From assembly GCA_963714725.1 (NCBI GenBank), contig CAVQPF010000015.1, positions 50,213 to 114,212 of the forward strand: a stretch of DNA of 64,000 nt, read 5' to 3'. Below, in pieces: positions 1 through 9,838 of the stretch (within the stretch, counting starts at the first letter, position 1; the number at the start of each line of letters is the position of its first letter). The position numbers were made by a program, and so were the translations under genes. Source of the DNA: Candidatus Bathyarchaeota archaeon (GTDB lineage Archaea > Thermoproteota > Bathyarchaeia > Bathyarchaeales > Bathycorpusculaceae). The notes under the pieces were generated by a model. The model saw nothing but the letters and a program-made list of their open reading frames with translations, was not told where the DNA came from and made no database searches.

Positions 1-1
1 A

Positions 2-793
2 ATAGTAAATCCTTTTACAATGGAGATACGTCTTCAAATAAATCCACTCTTTATTGCTGGTAGGTACAAAAAACTCGTGAGGACAATCCCTCAATCAAAA
101 TGGCACTGTTCTAAGTGTCGAGGTAAAGGTTGTGAAAACTGCAATGGAACAGGGAAATTATACGATGAGTCCGTTGAAGAATTAACTTCGGAATTGTTCT
201 TAAAAAAATCAGAAGGTGAAAAGACTAAATTTCATGCTTCAGGAAGAGAAGATATTGATGCTCGAATGTTGGGAAACGGACGCCCATTTGTTATTGAGGT
301 TTCAAAACCTAAAAAAAGGTTTATTGATTTAGAACTTTTGCGGAAAAAAATTAATAAAATTGCTGCTGGAAAAGTGGAAATTTCTAATTTAACATTTGCA
401 AATAAAGATTTAGTTAGAAGGTTAAAAAAAGGAGAATCTGCAAAAAAAGAATATCGATTATTAATTGAGTTCGAAAAAGAAATTTCTGAGGAAGATCTAT
501 CTTTATTAAAAGATAAATTGACTGAAACTATGATAAAACAACAAACACCGATAAGGGTTTTACATCGTCGAGCTGATTTAATCCGAGAAAGATACATATA
601 TAACGTTAAAGTAAAGACAGTGTCACCTAAGAGGGCTGAGCTGGAAATTCTTTGCCAGGGCGGACTCTATGTTAAAGAATTAGTTTCAGGAGATGAAGGA
701 CGAACAATGCCTAGTGTTTCAAGTTTATTGGAAAACCAAGCGGAGACTATAGAACTAGACGTTGTAAACGTTCTTTTAAATGAAAAAAAGTAA
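2..793 (+). CDS. pus10: tRNA pseudouridine synthase Pus10, C-terminal portion (5' end truncated by window edge)
   Basis: Reading frame is open to the window start. CxxC...CxxC zinc ribbon plus the 'GREDIDARMLGNGRPFVIEV' catalytic motif typical of Pus10. Lies in the conserved archaeal Pus10-L21e-RpoF-DUF655-KsgA cluster. Confidence 0.6.
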   Translation: MVNPFTMEIRLQINPLFIAGRYKKLVRTIPQSKWHCSKCRGKGCENCNGTGKLYDESVEELTSELFLKKSEGEKTKFHASGREDIDARMLGNGRPFVIEVSKPKKRFIDLELLRKKINKIAAGKVEISNLTFANKDLVRRLKKGESAKKEYRLLIEFEKEISEEDLSLLKDKLTETMIKQQTPIRVLHRRADLIRERYIYNVKVKTVSPKRAELEILCQGGLYVKELVSGDEGRTMPSVSSLLENQAETIELDVVNVLLNEKK

Positions 794-804
794 GTGAAAA
801 AAGA

Positions 805-1101
805 ATGGCTGGTTCAAAAGGATATTATACAGGAGCTCGCAAATTATTGAAAAAACCTGTTCGCGAGACGGGTAAGTTAAACATCAGCAAGTTACTCACT
901 AAACATGATATTGGCTCTAAAGTAATTATTAAAATGGATTCAAGTGTTCAAAAAAGTCTACCACACAAACGATTTCATGGGAGAATTGGAATTATCCTTG
1001 AAAAACGTGGACGAGGTTATGTAGTTAGTGTTACACAAGGTAACGCAGTAAAAAGTATCATTGTACGCTCTGAACATTTAGAACCATATACGGGTAATTA
1101 A
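805..1101 (+). CDS. rpl21e: 50S ribosomal protein L21e
   Basis: 98 aa, basic, recognisable L21e sequence ('HGRIGIILEKRGRGYVV'). Conserved position upstream of rpoF. Confidence 0.8.
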   Translation: MAGSKGYYTGARKLLKKPVRETGKLNISKLLTKHDIGSKVIIKMDSSVQKSLPHKRFHGRIGIILEKRGRGYVVSVTQGNAVKSIIVRSEHLEPYTGN

Positions 1102-1102
1102 A

Positions 1103-1441
1103 ATGATTAATAATGAGATTAAAGAAAGAAAACTTGCTTTACCAGAAGTAAAGAAAGTATTAGACTCTATCGGAGAAGAAAATTTAGATCAATTTCAAAG
1201 ACGCACCCTTGATTATATTAATAAATTCTCCAAAGTGAAAACCACAGACTCCCCAAAACTTTTAAAAAAACTCGTAAAGGATTTTCATCTAGATGAATCG
1301 GAAGCTGTTTCAGTTATTAATTGTATGCCTCGAAATGTTGACGAATTACGTGTTTTCCTTGCTGGCGGTAGAAAAATAATTGAAATTGTAAAATTAGAAA
1401 AAATAATAGCGCTTTTAAATGATTATAGAGAACCCGAATGA
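1103..1441 (+). CDS. rpoF: DNA-directed RNA polymerase subunit F (Rpo4, Rpb4-like)
   Basis: 112 aa. Start is 1 nt after the L21e stop. Conserved L21e-RpoF-DUF655 synteny; sequence has Rpb4/RpoF-like character. Confidence 0.55.
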   Translation: MINNEIKERKLALPEVKKVLDSIGEENLDQFQRRTLDYINKFSKVKTTDSPKLLKKLVKDFHLDESEAVSVINCMPRNVDELRVFLAGGRKIIEIVKLEKIIALLNDYREPE

Positions 1442-1505
1442 TCTTGGTTTAGCTAAACTATTTTTAAGCAGTAATAGTCAATAAAGATAGGGATTAGGGA
1501 CCATT

Positions 1506-2072
1506 ATGGAGAAACGTTATGAAGAATATGCTTACGTGCTAGATTTCTTAACTCATGGCAAACCAGGTTTTAGACCCACTGGAAGAGCAGGATATCGAGC
1601 TGGTGCTCTGATCCAATGTATTGGTGAGGAATTTTTTACTCTATTAGAAGCTTTGGTAAAGGAAACTTTAATGCTTGCTCCCAATGATCGAGTATATGTA
1701 GGTCGAGCCTCAAGAAACGAGGTCACATATATTATAGGTCGAGTAGGTTTTGAAGAATTAACTGCTGCAGCTAGAGCTGAACTTTCTGGAGTTATAGGCA
1801 CTATTGTTCAAAATCGTGAAAAATGGTTTGTTAATTTTTTTAACACTGCGCGAGCTATTACGCCCAGAATGCATGCCTTAGAATTAGTGCCTGGTATTGG
1901 GAAAAAATACATGTGGCAAGTTATAAATGAACGTGAGCGTCGTCCTTTTGCGAATTTTGATGATTTACACCAAAGAACTGAGTTGCCTAATCCTGTAAAA
2001 CTTGTAGTTAAACGAGTCTTGGAAGAACTTGAAGGGGAAAGTAAGTACAGATTATTTACTCGAGCTCATTAA
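1506..2072 (+). CDS. DUF655-family putative RNA-binding protein
   Basis: 188 aa. Conserved archaeal DUF655 immediately downstream of rpoF and upstream of ksgA. RBS-like 'gggattaggg' upstream. Confidence 0.55.
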   Translation: MEKRYEEYAYVLDFLTHGKPGFRPTGRAGYRAGALIQCIGEEFFTLLEALVKETLMLAPNDRVYVGRASRNEVTYIIGRVGFEELTAAARAELSGVIGTIVQNREKWFVNFFNTARAITPRMHALELVPGIGKKYMWQVINERERRPFANFDDLHQRTELPNPVKLVVKRVLEELEGESKYRLFTRAH

Positions 2073-2092
2073 ATACTCACAAGGCATTAGCT

Positions 2093-2911
2093 TTGAGTTT
2101 TTTTAAAACTGAACTTCTGCTTAAAGAACGTGGAATACTCCCAAATAAAAAAATGGGACAAAATTTCATGATCGATTCATCAATTTTTCATAAACTTAGT
2201 GAATATGCTTCGCTTCGTAAGACTGATGTAGTCTTAGATGTTGGAGCAGGATTTGGGTTTTTTACAAAGTATTTAGCTCAAATCTGTGGAAAAGTTGTGG
2301 CAGTTGAAAAAGATAAAAAAATTGTGGAAGTTTTAGAGGATCAATTAAAATCTATTAATAATGTTACAATAGTTAAAGGCGATATTCTAAAAGTAGATCT
2401 GCCAAAATTTAACAAAGTTGTTTCAATTCCTCCTTATTATTTATCATCACGTTTGATATCCTGGTTGTTTCAACAGAAAATAGCTTGTGCAGTATTAATT
2501 CTGCAAAAAGCTTTTGCAGAAAAACTTTTAGCTTTACCGGATACTGACTCTTACGGTTGGCTCACCGTTATTTCGCAATATTACGCTAAGATAGATCTTC
2601 TGGATGAAATAATAGCGGAAAAATTTTATCCTAAACCTGAAGTTGACTCTGTTATAGTGCGAATTCTTCCTTGGAGTTCTCATCCTTTCAAAGTTTGTGA
2701 TCCACAATTATTCAACATAATTCTAAAATACCTTTTTACTAATCGAAACAAGAAACTTACTAATGCTATTCACCCTTTTCTTAAAAAAAATTTGGACTTT
2801 TCAAAATCTAGAATTCAAAACTTTTTATCAGTTTTTCCATTTCGAGAAAAACGTGTGAGACAATTATCTGCACAAAACTTTGGAGAGTTGATAAATGAAC
2901 TCACAAAATAA
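2093..2911 (+). CDS. rsmA: 16S rRNA (adenine1518/1519-N6)-dimethyltransferase KsgA/Dim1
   Basis: 'GQNFMIDSSIF...VLDVGAGFGFFTKYLA' SAM-binding motif I and overall KsgA architecture. Confidence 0.85.
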   Translation: MSFFKTELLLKERGILPNKKMGQNFMIDSSIFHKLSEYASLRKTDVVLDVGAGFGFFTKYLAQICGKVVAVEKDKKIVEVLEDQLKSINNVTIVKGDILKVDLPKFNKVVSIPPYYLSSRLISWLFQQKIACAVLILQKAFAEKLLALPDTDSYGWLTVISQYYAKIDLLDEIIAEKFYPKPEVDSVIVRILPWSSHPFKVCDPQLFNIILKYLFTNRNKKLTNAIHPFLKKNLDFSKSRIQNFLSVFPFREKRVRQLSAQNFGELINELTK

Positions 2912-3509
2912 AAAAATTTATTTCCAAAATTTTGAGTTCGTTATCAATAAAAATGTATACGAACCGGCTGAAGATTCTTTTCTTTTTGCAGAAAACCTTG
3001 AGGTAAAAAAAGGTGAACGAGTTTTAGATATGGGTACTGGGAGTGGGATATTAGGAATATTATCTTCTATAAAAGCCAAAGAAGTTATTGGAATCGATAT
3101 TAATCCTTATGCTGTGCATTGTGCTAAAAAAAACGCGGAATTAAATAATGTAGCAACTTGTATCTCCTTTATCCAAGGCGACTTATTTGGGCCTTTAAAT
3201 AAAAAAGATCTTTTTGATTTAATTCTTTTTAATGCTCCCTATTTGCCTGAAACTGAAGAAAAAGCTCTTAGCTGGCTTGAAAAAGCTTGGGCTGGAGGTT
3301 CAAATGGTCGACTTGTGATTGATTCTTTTCTTTCAAAAGTTACATATTATCTTTCTTTCAGTGGACGAATTCTTCTTTTGCAATCTACCCTTTCAGATGT
3401 AAACAAAACACTTTTTTGTTTTGAAGAAAAAAATTTGAAAGCCGATATACTTGCAAAATTACCTGTTCCTTTTTTTGAAACTATAGTTCTCATAGAAGCT
3501 AAGTTTTGA
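2895..3509 (+). CDS. HemK/Mtq2-like N5-glutamine (release factor) methyltransferase
   Basis: 'VLDMGTGSGILGI' motif I and 'NAPYLP' (NPPY-type) motif. Overlaps the ksgA end by 17 nt (operon). Confidence 0.6.
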   Translation: MNSQNKKIYFQNFEFVINKNVYEPAEDSFLFAENLEVKKGERVLDMGTGSGILGILSSIKAKEVIGIDINPYAVHCAKKNAELNNVATCISFIQGDLFGPLNKKDLFDLILFNAPYLPETEEKALSWLEKAWAGGSNGRLVIDSFLSKVTYYLSFSGRILLLQSTLSDVNKTLFCFEEKNLKADILAKLPVPFFETIVLIEAKF

Positions 3510-3562
3510 TTGACTTCTCTGTTTTCTCTTTCACTGAAAAAAGAACTTTTTTATTTTTCGAT

Positions 3563-4861
3563 CTATTTTTGAAAAATGTTAATTTCTCTGCCAATTATAT
3601 GTCTTTTATTAGTATCTACTAATGAATTAATATTCAATATTTCCTCTTTTTCTGGGCTTATTTTTTCAAAATTTTCTTTTTGGAAAGGAAAAATTCTCTT
3701 AAATCCAATCTTTTTTGCTTTTTCTTCAATATTCATGGTGACTATTTGACCTGAGCGCGTTTTCAAATATGGCGCAACAAATACACATTTGCACTTTTTC
3801 CTTAATACATTGTATGTTTCATTTAAAAATGTGAAATATAGTTTATCTAGTTTCATTATAATTTTTTTAGCATAAGGTACAGTAGGCACTTGTCGTAATG
3901 CTGGACCCAAGTCTGGCTCAGTTGCTACACAATCTATTTCGTTATATCCTATTTTTTTGGAAAGATCTTTAATGTCTCCTTGTATTACTCTGTATTCTGG
4001 GTTTGCCAGTTCATACTCTTTGATTAACCAATCCAAATTTCTTTCAGCAGATTTAATACACCAAGGATTTATATCAACGCCAATAACTTTTGATTTGTTT
4101 AATAAACCCTCTTGCAGAATTGTTCCTACTCCACAGAATGGGTCAAGCAAAATTTTTTCTTGAGTACACGAAGACAAATTTATCAGTATCTTTGCTAATC
4201 TTGGTGGGATTCCAAAAATTTTTCGTTGAATTGGCTTTTCTATATCTCTTTTTTGAAATTCAAAAGGATTATGTACTGCTTTTGTGGTAGAAACCCATGT
4301 TTTGTTTTTATCTATGCTGATAATTATTTCTGCATTACTGCTGATTAGTTTCTTCTTTAGAACTTCCACATGACTGAGTTGTGGAAATTTCCTATCTTTA
4401 GAAAATCCCATAAATCTTGATTTCTTTCCTTGTTCGGATATTTTTCTTTTAATAATACTTCCAAAGAATCTCTGTGATGCTTTAGTTATTTTTCGGAATC
4501 TTTTTTCTGAACAATATACGCTAACCCCAAAAAATGGTTTTTTTTCAGAACTACATAACTCATCAATTATGTTGGTGTCTAAAAATAAGTTCTCAACTTC
4601 TTTTTTTGAAGATTTATCCTTTTGAAGAATAGCTTTATCTAGAATATCGGTTGAAATTTTTGCTTTAATTTCACCGATCTTTATTGTTCCACCCAAACTG
4701 TCTATTATATTAGGCTCAATTGTTTTTTCAGAATGAACAATAAAAAACTCTTTTGAGATTGATAAAATTTTAAATTCTCGTTGTCTACTTTCTAAAAAAG
4801 CTATTAGTTCCGCTAAAGATAATGTCCAATTTTTTCCAGGAATTACAACTGAATTATACAT
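3563..4861 (-). CDS. THUMP-domain RNA (tRNA guanine-N2) methyltransferase, Trm11/Trm14-like
   Basis: 432 aa with 'DPFCGVGTILQE' SAM motif I, typical of the UPF0020/Trm11 family. N-terminal region has THUMP-like character. Confidence 0.5.
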   Translation of the reverse strand: MYNSVVIPGKNWTLSLAELIAFLESRQREFKILSISKEFFIVHSEKTIEPNIIDSLGGTIKIGEIKAKISTDILDKAILQKDKSSKKEVENLFLDTNIIDELCSSEKKPFFGVSVYCSEKRFRKITKASQRFFGSIIKRKISEQGKKSRFMGFSKDRKFPQLSHVEVLKKKLISSNAEIIISIDKNKTWVSTTKAVHNPFEFQKRDIEKPIQRKIFGIPPRLAKILINLSSCTQEKILLDPFCGVGTILQEGLLNKSKVIGVDINPWCIKSAERNLDWLIKEYELANPEYRVIQGDIKDLSKKIGYNEIDCVATEPDLGPALRQVPTVPYAKKIIMKLDKLYFTFLNETYNVLRKKCKCVFVAPYLKTRSGQIVTMNIEEKAKKIGFKRIFPFQKENFEKISPEKEEILNINSLVDTNKRHIIGREINIFQK

Positions 4862-4985
4862 TATGCTATTAATAGCGTCCTTATTAGATAAATAACCCTT
4901 CTTGAAAATTTATTATACTGCTTACTTGTTTATTACACTAAATTATCAAAAAATGTTCTAATAATCGTTAAATAAAACTGCAAAT

Positions 4986-4998
4986 CGTTTAAATATTT
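4986..4998 (+). promoter_or_regulatory. Candidate TATA box upstream of rpl10e
   Basis: 'GTTTAAATATTTC' ~35-42 nt upstream of the L10e ATG. Confidence 0.3.
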
Positions 4999-5029
4999 CT
5001 AATAAGTTTATGCTAAAAAGGGATATTTC

Positions 5030-5569
5030 ATGCATGCGAGAAATTATCGACCTGTAGTGGGACAAGCTTATACTAGAAAAAAGTTTGCGAAAGGTTTTCC
5101 GCCTCCAAAAATAGTGAAATTCACTATGGGCGATACCAAAGCTGCTTTTGAATATGAAATTAGTCTTATCGGCTTAAAAAGAGTTCAAATTCGTCATTCT
5201 GCTCTTGAAGCTGCAAGAATTGCTGTGAATCGTATTCTTAATGATAGATTACTAGAAGAATACTTTTTAAAAATTCGACCCTATCCACACCAAATCCTAA
5301 GGGAAAACAAAATGATTTTTGGAGCTCACGCTGATAGGCTTCAACAAGGAATGCGTAGATCTTTTGGGACTCCAACAGGGTCAGCTGCACGAGTAGAACC
5401 AGGTCAAACCTTAATAACTGTAAAAGTTAATACCAATGGTCTAGACGCTGCTAAACAAGCTCTAAAAAGGGGTAGTTCAAAACTTCCAGTTACTTATAAA
5501 TTAGTAGTTAAAAAAAATAAACCTCCAAAAGCTCCAGATACAGTAGAGCCGGAGAAGGAAAAAATTTGA
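5030..5569 (+). CDS. rpl10e: 50S ribosomal protein L10e (uL16)
   Basis: Recognisable L10e sequence ('RPYPHQILRENKM...GAHADRLQQGMRRSFG'). Confidence 0.85.
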   Translation: MHARNYRPVVGQAYTRKKFAKGFPPPKIVKFTMGDTKAAFEYEISLIGLKRVQIRHSALEAARIAVNRILNDRLLEEYFLKIRPYPHQILRENKMIFGAHADRLQQGMRRSFGTPTGSAARVEPGQTLITVKVNTNGLDAAKQALKRGSSKLPVTYKLVVKKNKPPKAPDTVEPEKEKI

Positions 5570-7982
5570 GCAAATCCAACAATGAACTAATTTTGTGGTT
5601 TGACAAAGTACGAAACACTGATGTTCCTATTGTTGGAGGAAAAAACGCGAGTTTAGGAGAAATGATAAACGCTGGAATGCCTGTTCCACCAGGGTTTGCA
5701 ATTACTGCCTATGCCTATGAAAAATTTATAAAAAAAACCAAAATTAGTGTATCTATCTATAAAATAATTCAAGAAACTATAACAGATCTCGAAGATCCAA
5801 AACAATATGATTCTGCTTCCAAAGAAATCCGCAAACTAATTGAAAAAACAAAAGTCCCAAAAGACATTGTAATCTCAATTAAATCCGCTTACGAAAAACT
5901 CAATAAACAACTAAAAACCAAAAACTCTTTTGTAGCTGTTCGTTCAAGTGCAACAGCTGAAGATCTTCCTGATGCCTCTTTTGCTGGCCAGCAAGATACT
6001 TATTTGGATGTTAAAGGTTTCGATGATCTTCTTGACAAAGTTGTTCATTGTTGGTCGAGTTTGTTTACGCCTCGTGCTATTTTTTATCGTAATGAAAAAG
6101 GCTTTGATCATGATAAGGTTTTCATTAGCGTTGGAGTTCAAAAAATGGTTAATTCACGAGCTGCAGGAGTAATGTTCTCAATAAATCCTGTTACAGGTGT
6201 TAAAAACGAAATCGTTATTGAAGGCAACTATGGTTTGGGAGAAACCGTTGTTTCGGGCATAGTCAATCCTGATGACTTTATACTAGATAAAGAAACTTTG
6301 GAAATAAAAGAAAGACGTCTTGCCCGAAAGACAATTCAGTATTTACGTGATCCTTCAACTGGGAAAACTCTTCATCTAGATGTGCCTGAAAAAAAACAGA
6401 AGGAACCTTGTGTAAATGATGAAGAACTCAACAAGTTGGGCTCTTTAGCTAAAATTATTGAAGATCATTATAACAAACCAATGGATATTGAATGGGCAAT
6501 CGATAAAGACTTGCCTTTTCCAAATAATATGTTTATAGTTCAAGCTCGTCCAGAAACTATATGGGGTGCTAAAGGAATGGAAGAAACATCACAAGATGAA
6601 GAAAAGAAATCTCTGAAGAATTAAAAGTGGTTGTAAAAGGAATTGCAGCTGGAAAAAGAGGATACGGTACAGGGAAAGCAAAAGTTGTTATAATCCTGAT
6701 GAAGCATCTGAAATGATGAAAGGAGACGTTCTCGTAACAGATATGACTAATCCTGATTTTGTACCATTTATGAAAATGGCAAGTGCAATAGTGACTGACA
6801 AAGGTGGAATCACTTCTCATGCAGCAATCGTCAGCCGTGAACTTACTATTCCTTGTGTTGTAGGTACAGAAACAGCCACTAAAGAATTAAAAACTGGAAA
6901 AGAATACACCGTTGACTCAAGAAACGGAGTTATTTACGAAGGTATCATGAAGCAAGCTAAAAATTCAACGACTCCTCAATCAAATATAATCTTTGCAGAT
7001 CCAGCTCCTGTTACTGCTACAAAAATATACATGAATTTAGGTGTACCTGAAAAGATAGAAGCTTATAAAAATATTCCATTCGAAGGCATCGGCTTAATGC
7101 GTACTGAATTCATTTTAGCCAGCACAATAGGTGAACATCCTTTAGCTTTGTTGAAAACGGAAAAAGCCAAGAATTTGTAGATAAAATGGCAGAAGCAATA
7201 GCAACTGTTGCACGAGCGATTCAGCCAAGACCAGTTGTAGTACGATTAAGCGATTTCAAAACAAACGAATACCGAGAATTAAAAGGCGGTAATAAATACG
7301 AAATTGTTGAAGAAAATCCAATGCTTGGTTGGAGAGGTTGTAGTCGATACATAAGCAAGTGGTATAACGAAGCTTTCAGACTTGAATGCCAAGCAATTAA
7401 AAAATGTCGAACTGAATGGGGTCTCAAAAATGTCTAGGTTATGCTTCCAATGGTTCGTACTCTCTGGGAAGCAAAAGCTGTCCTTCAAATCATGAAAGAA
7501 GAAGGTTTAGAGCGTAACAAAGACTTCAAAGTTTGGTTTATGGCTGAAACACCATCAATCGGAATTATGGCAGACGAATTTTCAAAACTTGTTGATGGTT
7601 TTAGTATAGGTTCAAACGACATGACCCAAGGAGTTCTGATGATTGATCGCGACTCTGAGCGTTTAGGTCAAATGGGATACTTCGACGAACGAGACCCAGC
7701 AGTTAAACGCATTATTGCTCACCTTATTAAAGCTGCCCACGAAAACGGTTGCACAGTTACAATCTGCGGTGAGGGTCCATCAAATCTTCCTGACTTCGCA
7801 GAATTCCTGGTTCGAGTTGGAATTGACAGTATATCCGTTAATAACGACGCTGTAGTAACGACCAAAAACACGTTGCAAGCGTAGAACAGAAAATAATCCT
7901 TGAACGTCTTGCTGAACAATCAAAAATACTTCGTTGTTATACTGAAAAAAAATCAAAAATCAATAATGATTTTGAGTTATAA
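5566..7982 (+). pseudogene. ppsA: Phosphoenolpyruvate synthase (ppsA), disrupted by four -1 frameshifts and one in-frame TAG
   Basis: PEP-synthase N-terminal ATP-grasp domain ('VGGKNASLGEM'), phospho-His domain ('GGITSHAAIVSREL') and C-terminal PEP-utilising domain are spread over frames mod1, mod0, mod2, mod1, mod0. Frame switches are near 6612, 6690, 7155 and 7880. A TAG at 7435-7437 sits where Trp is conserved ('GLKNV*VMLP'). The true C-terminus '[17 protein letters not shown]...' ends with TAA at 7980-7982. TTG start overlaps the L10e stop. Confidence 0.7.
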
Positions 7983-8038
7983 CTACTTTAATTTCTCTTC
8001 TAATCTTTTTTATAGGGTTTCTTAGTTCTATTAAAACA

Positions 8039-9047
8039 GTGAATATTATGAAGGCCTTTGATTTTGAAGAAGCAAAAATACTTGCAGAAATAATTACCCG
8101 AGCTCCAAAACGTGTTTTGCTTCAACTACCTGAAGGCCTAAAATCGGAAGCTCCTAATATATCTAAAATTATTGAAAAAGCAGGTGTCCTTCCCATAATA
8201 TCAGGTGATCCTTGCTATGGGGCTTGTGATTTACCTGAAGCTGAAGTGGAACGGTTCGATATTGATCTTATACTTCACTTTGGACACTCAAAAATGATAA
8301 AAAACGAAAAAGTTTCAACAATCTATGTTGCGGTCAAATCAACTGCTAAAATAACTAAGACTATGGAAAATTCTCTTCGACTTTTAAAAGATTATACCAA
8401 AATTGGATTAGTTACCACAATTCAACATCTTCAGACTCTAAAATCGTTCAAGATCTTCTTACAAATGCTGGAAAAACAGTTTTTATCGGAAATTCAGATC
8501 AAATGCTATGCAGGGGCAAGTTACTGGTTGCAATTATAGCAACGTTAAATGTATCTCGGATAAAGTTGAAGTTTTTCTTTTTATTGGAGGGGGTAACTTT
8601 CATGCATTAGGTGTAGCTCTAAATACAACTAAACCAACTATTCAAGTAAATCCTTTTAATCAAAAAGTCAATTTGTTAAACCTTAAAGTGAATAAATTAC
8701 TTCAAAAACACTGGGATTTAATCCAAAAAGCAAAAAAAGCTAAAAACTTTGGAATATTCGTCAGTTTAAAACCTGGACAAGAAAATTTTAAAAATGCACT
8801 AAAAATTAAAAAAATAATCGAAAAAATAGGCAACTGTGCAGTAATCATTCTTGTTAGAGAAATATTGCCAGAAGTTTTAATGCAATTTCCAACTATTGAT
8901 GCTTACGTTAACACAGCCTGTCCTAGAATTTCTTTTGACGATCCATTGAAATTCTTACGGCCTGTTTTATCAATTAATGAATTTAAGGTGCTTTCTGGTG
9001 AATGCTCATGGGAAGAAATTATCAAGATCGGATTATTCGAAAAATAG
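8039..9047 (+). pseudogene. dph2: Diphthamide synthesis enzyme Dph2, disrupted by two -1 frameshifts
   Basis: Aligns with the archaeal Dph2 pattern ('LPEGL', 'GLVTTIQHLQTLK', 'GKTVFIGNSDQ', 'GQVTGCNYS', 'FIGGGNFHALG', 'VNTACPRI'). The reading frame moves mod2, mod1, mod0, with frame switches at ~8466 and ~8495-8510. Confidence 0.65.
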
Positions 9048-9055
9048 ATTTAGAG

Positions 9056-9709
9056 ATGTTCCTAAGTGATATTGTTCCTCATCCTTTTCCTCAAGCTCAT
9101 CTTGAACAGTATACTACAACAGAACCTATTGCTGCGACATTATTGTTTCTAGCTTCCTACTCAAATAGTGATATTATTGGAAAAACTGTAATAGATCTAG
9201 GTTGTGGTACAGGCCGATTAGCTATTGGCGCCTCTTTTTTAGGCGCTAAATATGTTGTTGGTATTGACATTGATAAAGTTGCGATAAAAACTGCTAAGGA
9301 AACTGCTAAACGGTTAAAAATTAACAAAAATATTAATTGGATAATTGGGGATATTTCTGTTATTATTGGTCATTTTAATACTGTTCTGCAGAATCCTCCA
9401 TTTGGGATTCAAAAGCGAAATGCTGATCGAGAATTCTTAAAAAAAGCTTTAGAAATAGGCAATATAGTATATTCTATTCATAGTCATCCTTCAGTGGATA
9501 AAAGGTTAATACAACGTTTTGGGAAATCTTCAAGTAATTTAATTAGAGTTCGTCCCTCTCGTTTTCTTCAAAAATATATAATAAAACACGATGGTCACAT
9601 AATAGCTGTTTATTCCATGTTGATGACAATTCCGAAAATGTTTAATTTTCATAAAAAAAATAAACACTCATTTCTCATTGATTTATATTGGATTGAAAAA
9701 ACGCAATAA
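9056..9709 (+). CDS. COG2263-family RNA methyltransferase (METTL5-like)
   Basis: 'LEQYTTTEPIA', 'DLGCGTGRLAIGA' and 'NPPFG' motifs. Probable start is an internal ATG of the ORF-track ORF 9002..9709. Confidence 0.55.
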   Translation: MFLSDIVPHPFPQAHLEQYTTTEPIAATLLFLASYSNSDIIGKTVIDLGCGTGRLAIGASFLGAKYVVGIDIDKVAIKTAKETAKRLKINKNINWIIGDISVIIGHFNTVLQNPPFGIQKRNADREFLKKALEIGNIVYSIHSHPSVDKRLIQRFGKSSSNLIRVRPSRFLQKYIIKHDGHIIAVYSMLMTIPKMFNFHKKNKHSFLIDLYWIEKTQ

Positions 9710-9838
9710 ATTGAATTAATTTTCTTCTAATGAATGATAAGAGGTTAATCAAAAGGTTTATTGATAAGCTAATAAACTTAGGATATGCCCGTTGACTAAA
9801 TCTTTGTAGAAAGCATATATTTGAGAAAGGGAACCTGC

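Noticed and set aside
5566-5569. Possible programmed frameshift/coupling at the L10e-ppsA junction (TTG start overlapping TGA stop)
   Set aside because: A simple 4-nt stop/start overlap ('tTTGAg') with GGAG upstream is ordinary translational coupling, not recoding.
7435-7437. In-frame TAG within ppsA as possible pyrrolysine or other amber recoding
   Set aside because: The TAG replaces a conserved Trp (tgg to tag), not a Pyl-type position. TAG is used as an ordinary stop for intact genes in the same window (dph2 9045-9047, 40695-40697, S17e 55743-55745, 59813-59815, 62704-62706). The same gene also carries four frameshifts.
7882-7884. TAG listed as the end of the last ppsA fragment
   Set aside because: It is out of frame after a single-base deletion. 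The conserved PpsA C-terminus ('[17 protein letters not shown]...') continues in the -1 frame to TAA at 7980-7982.
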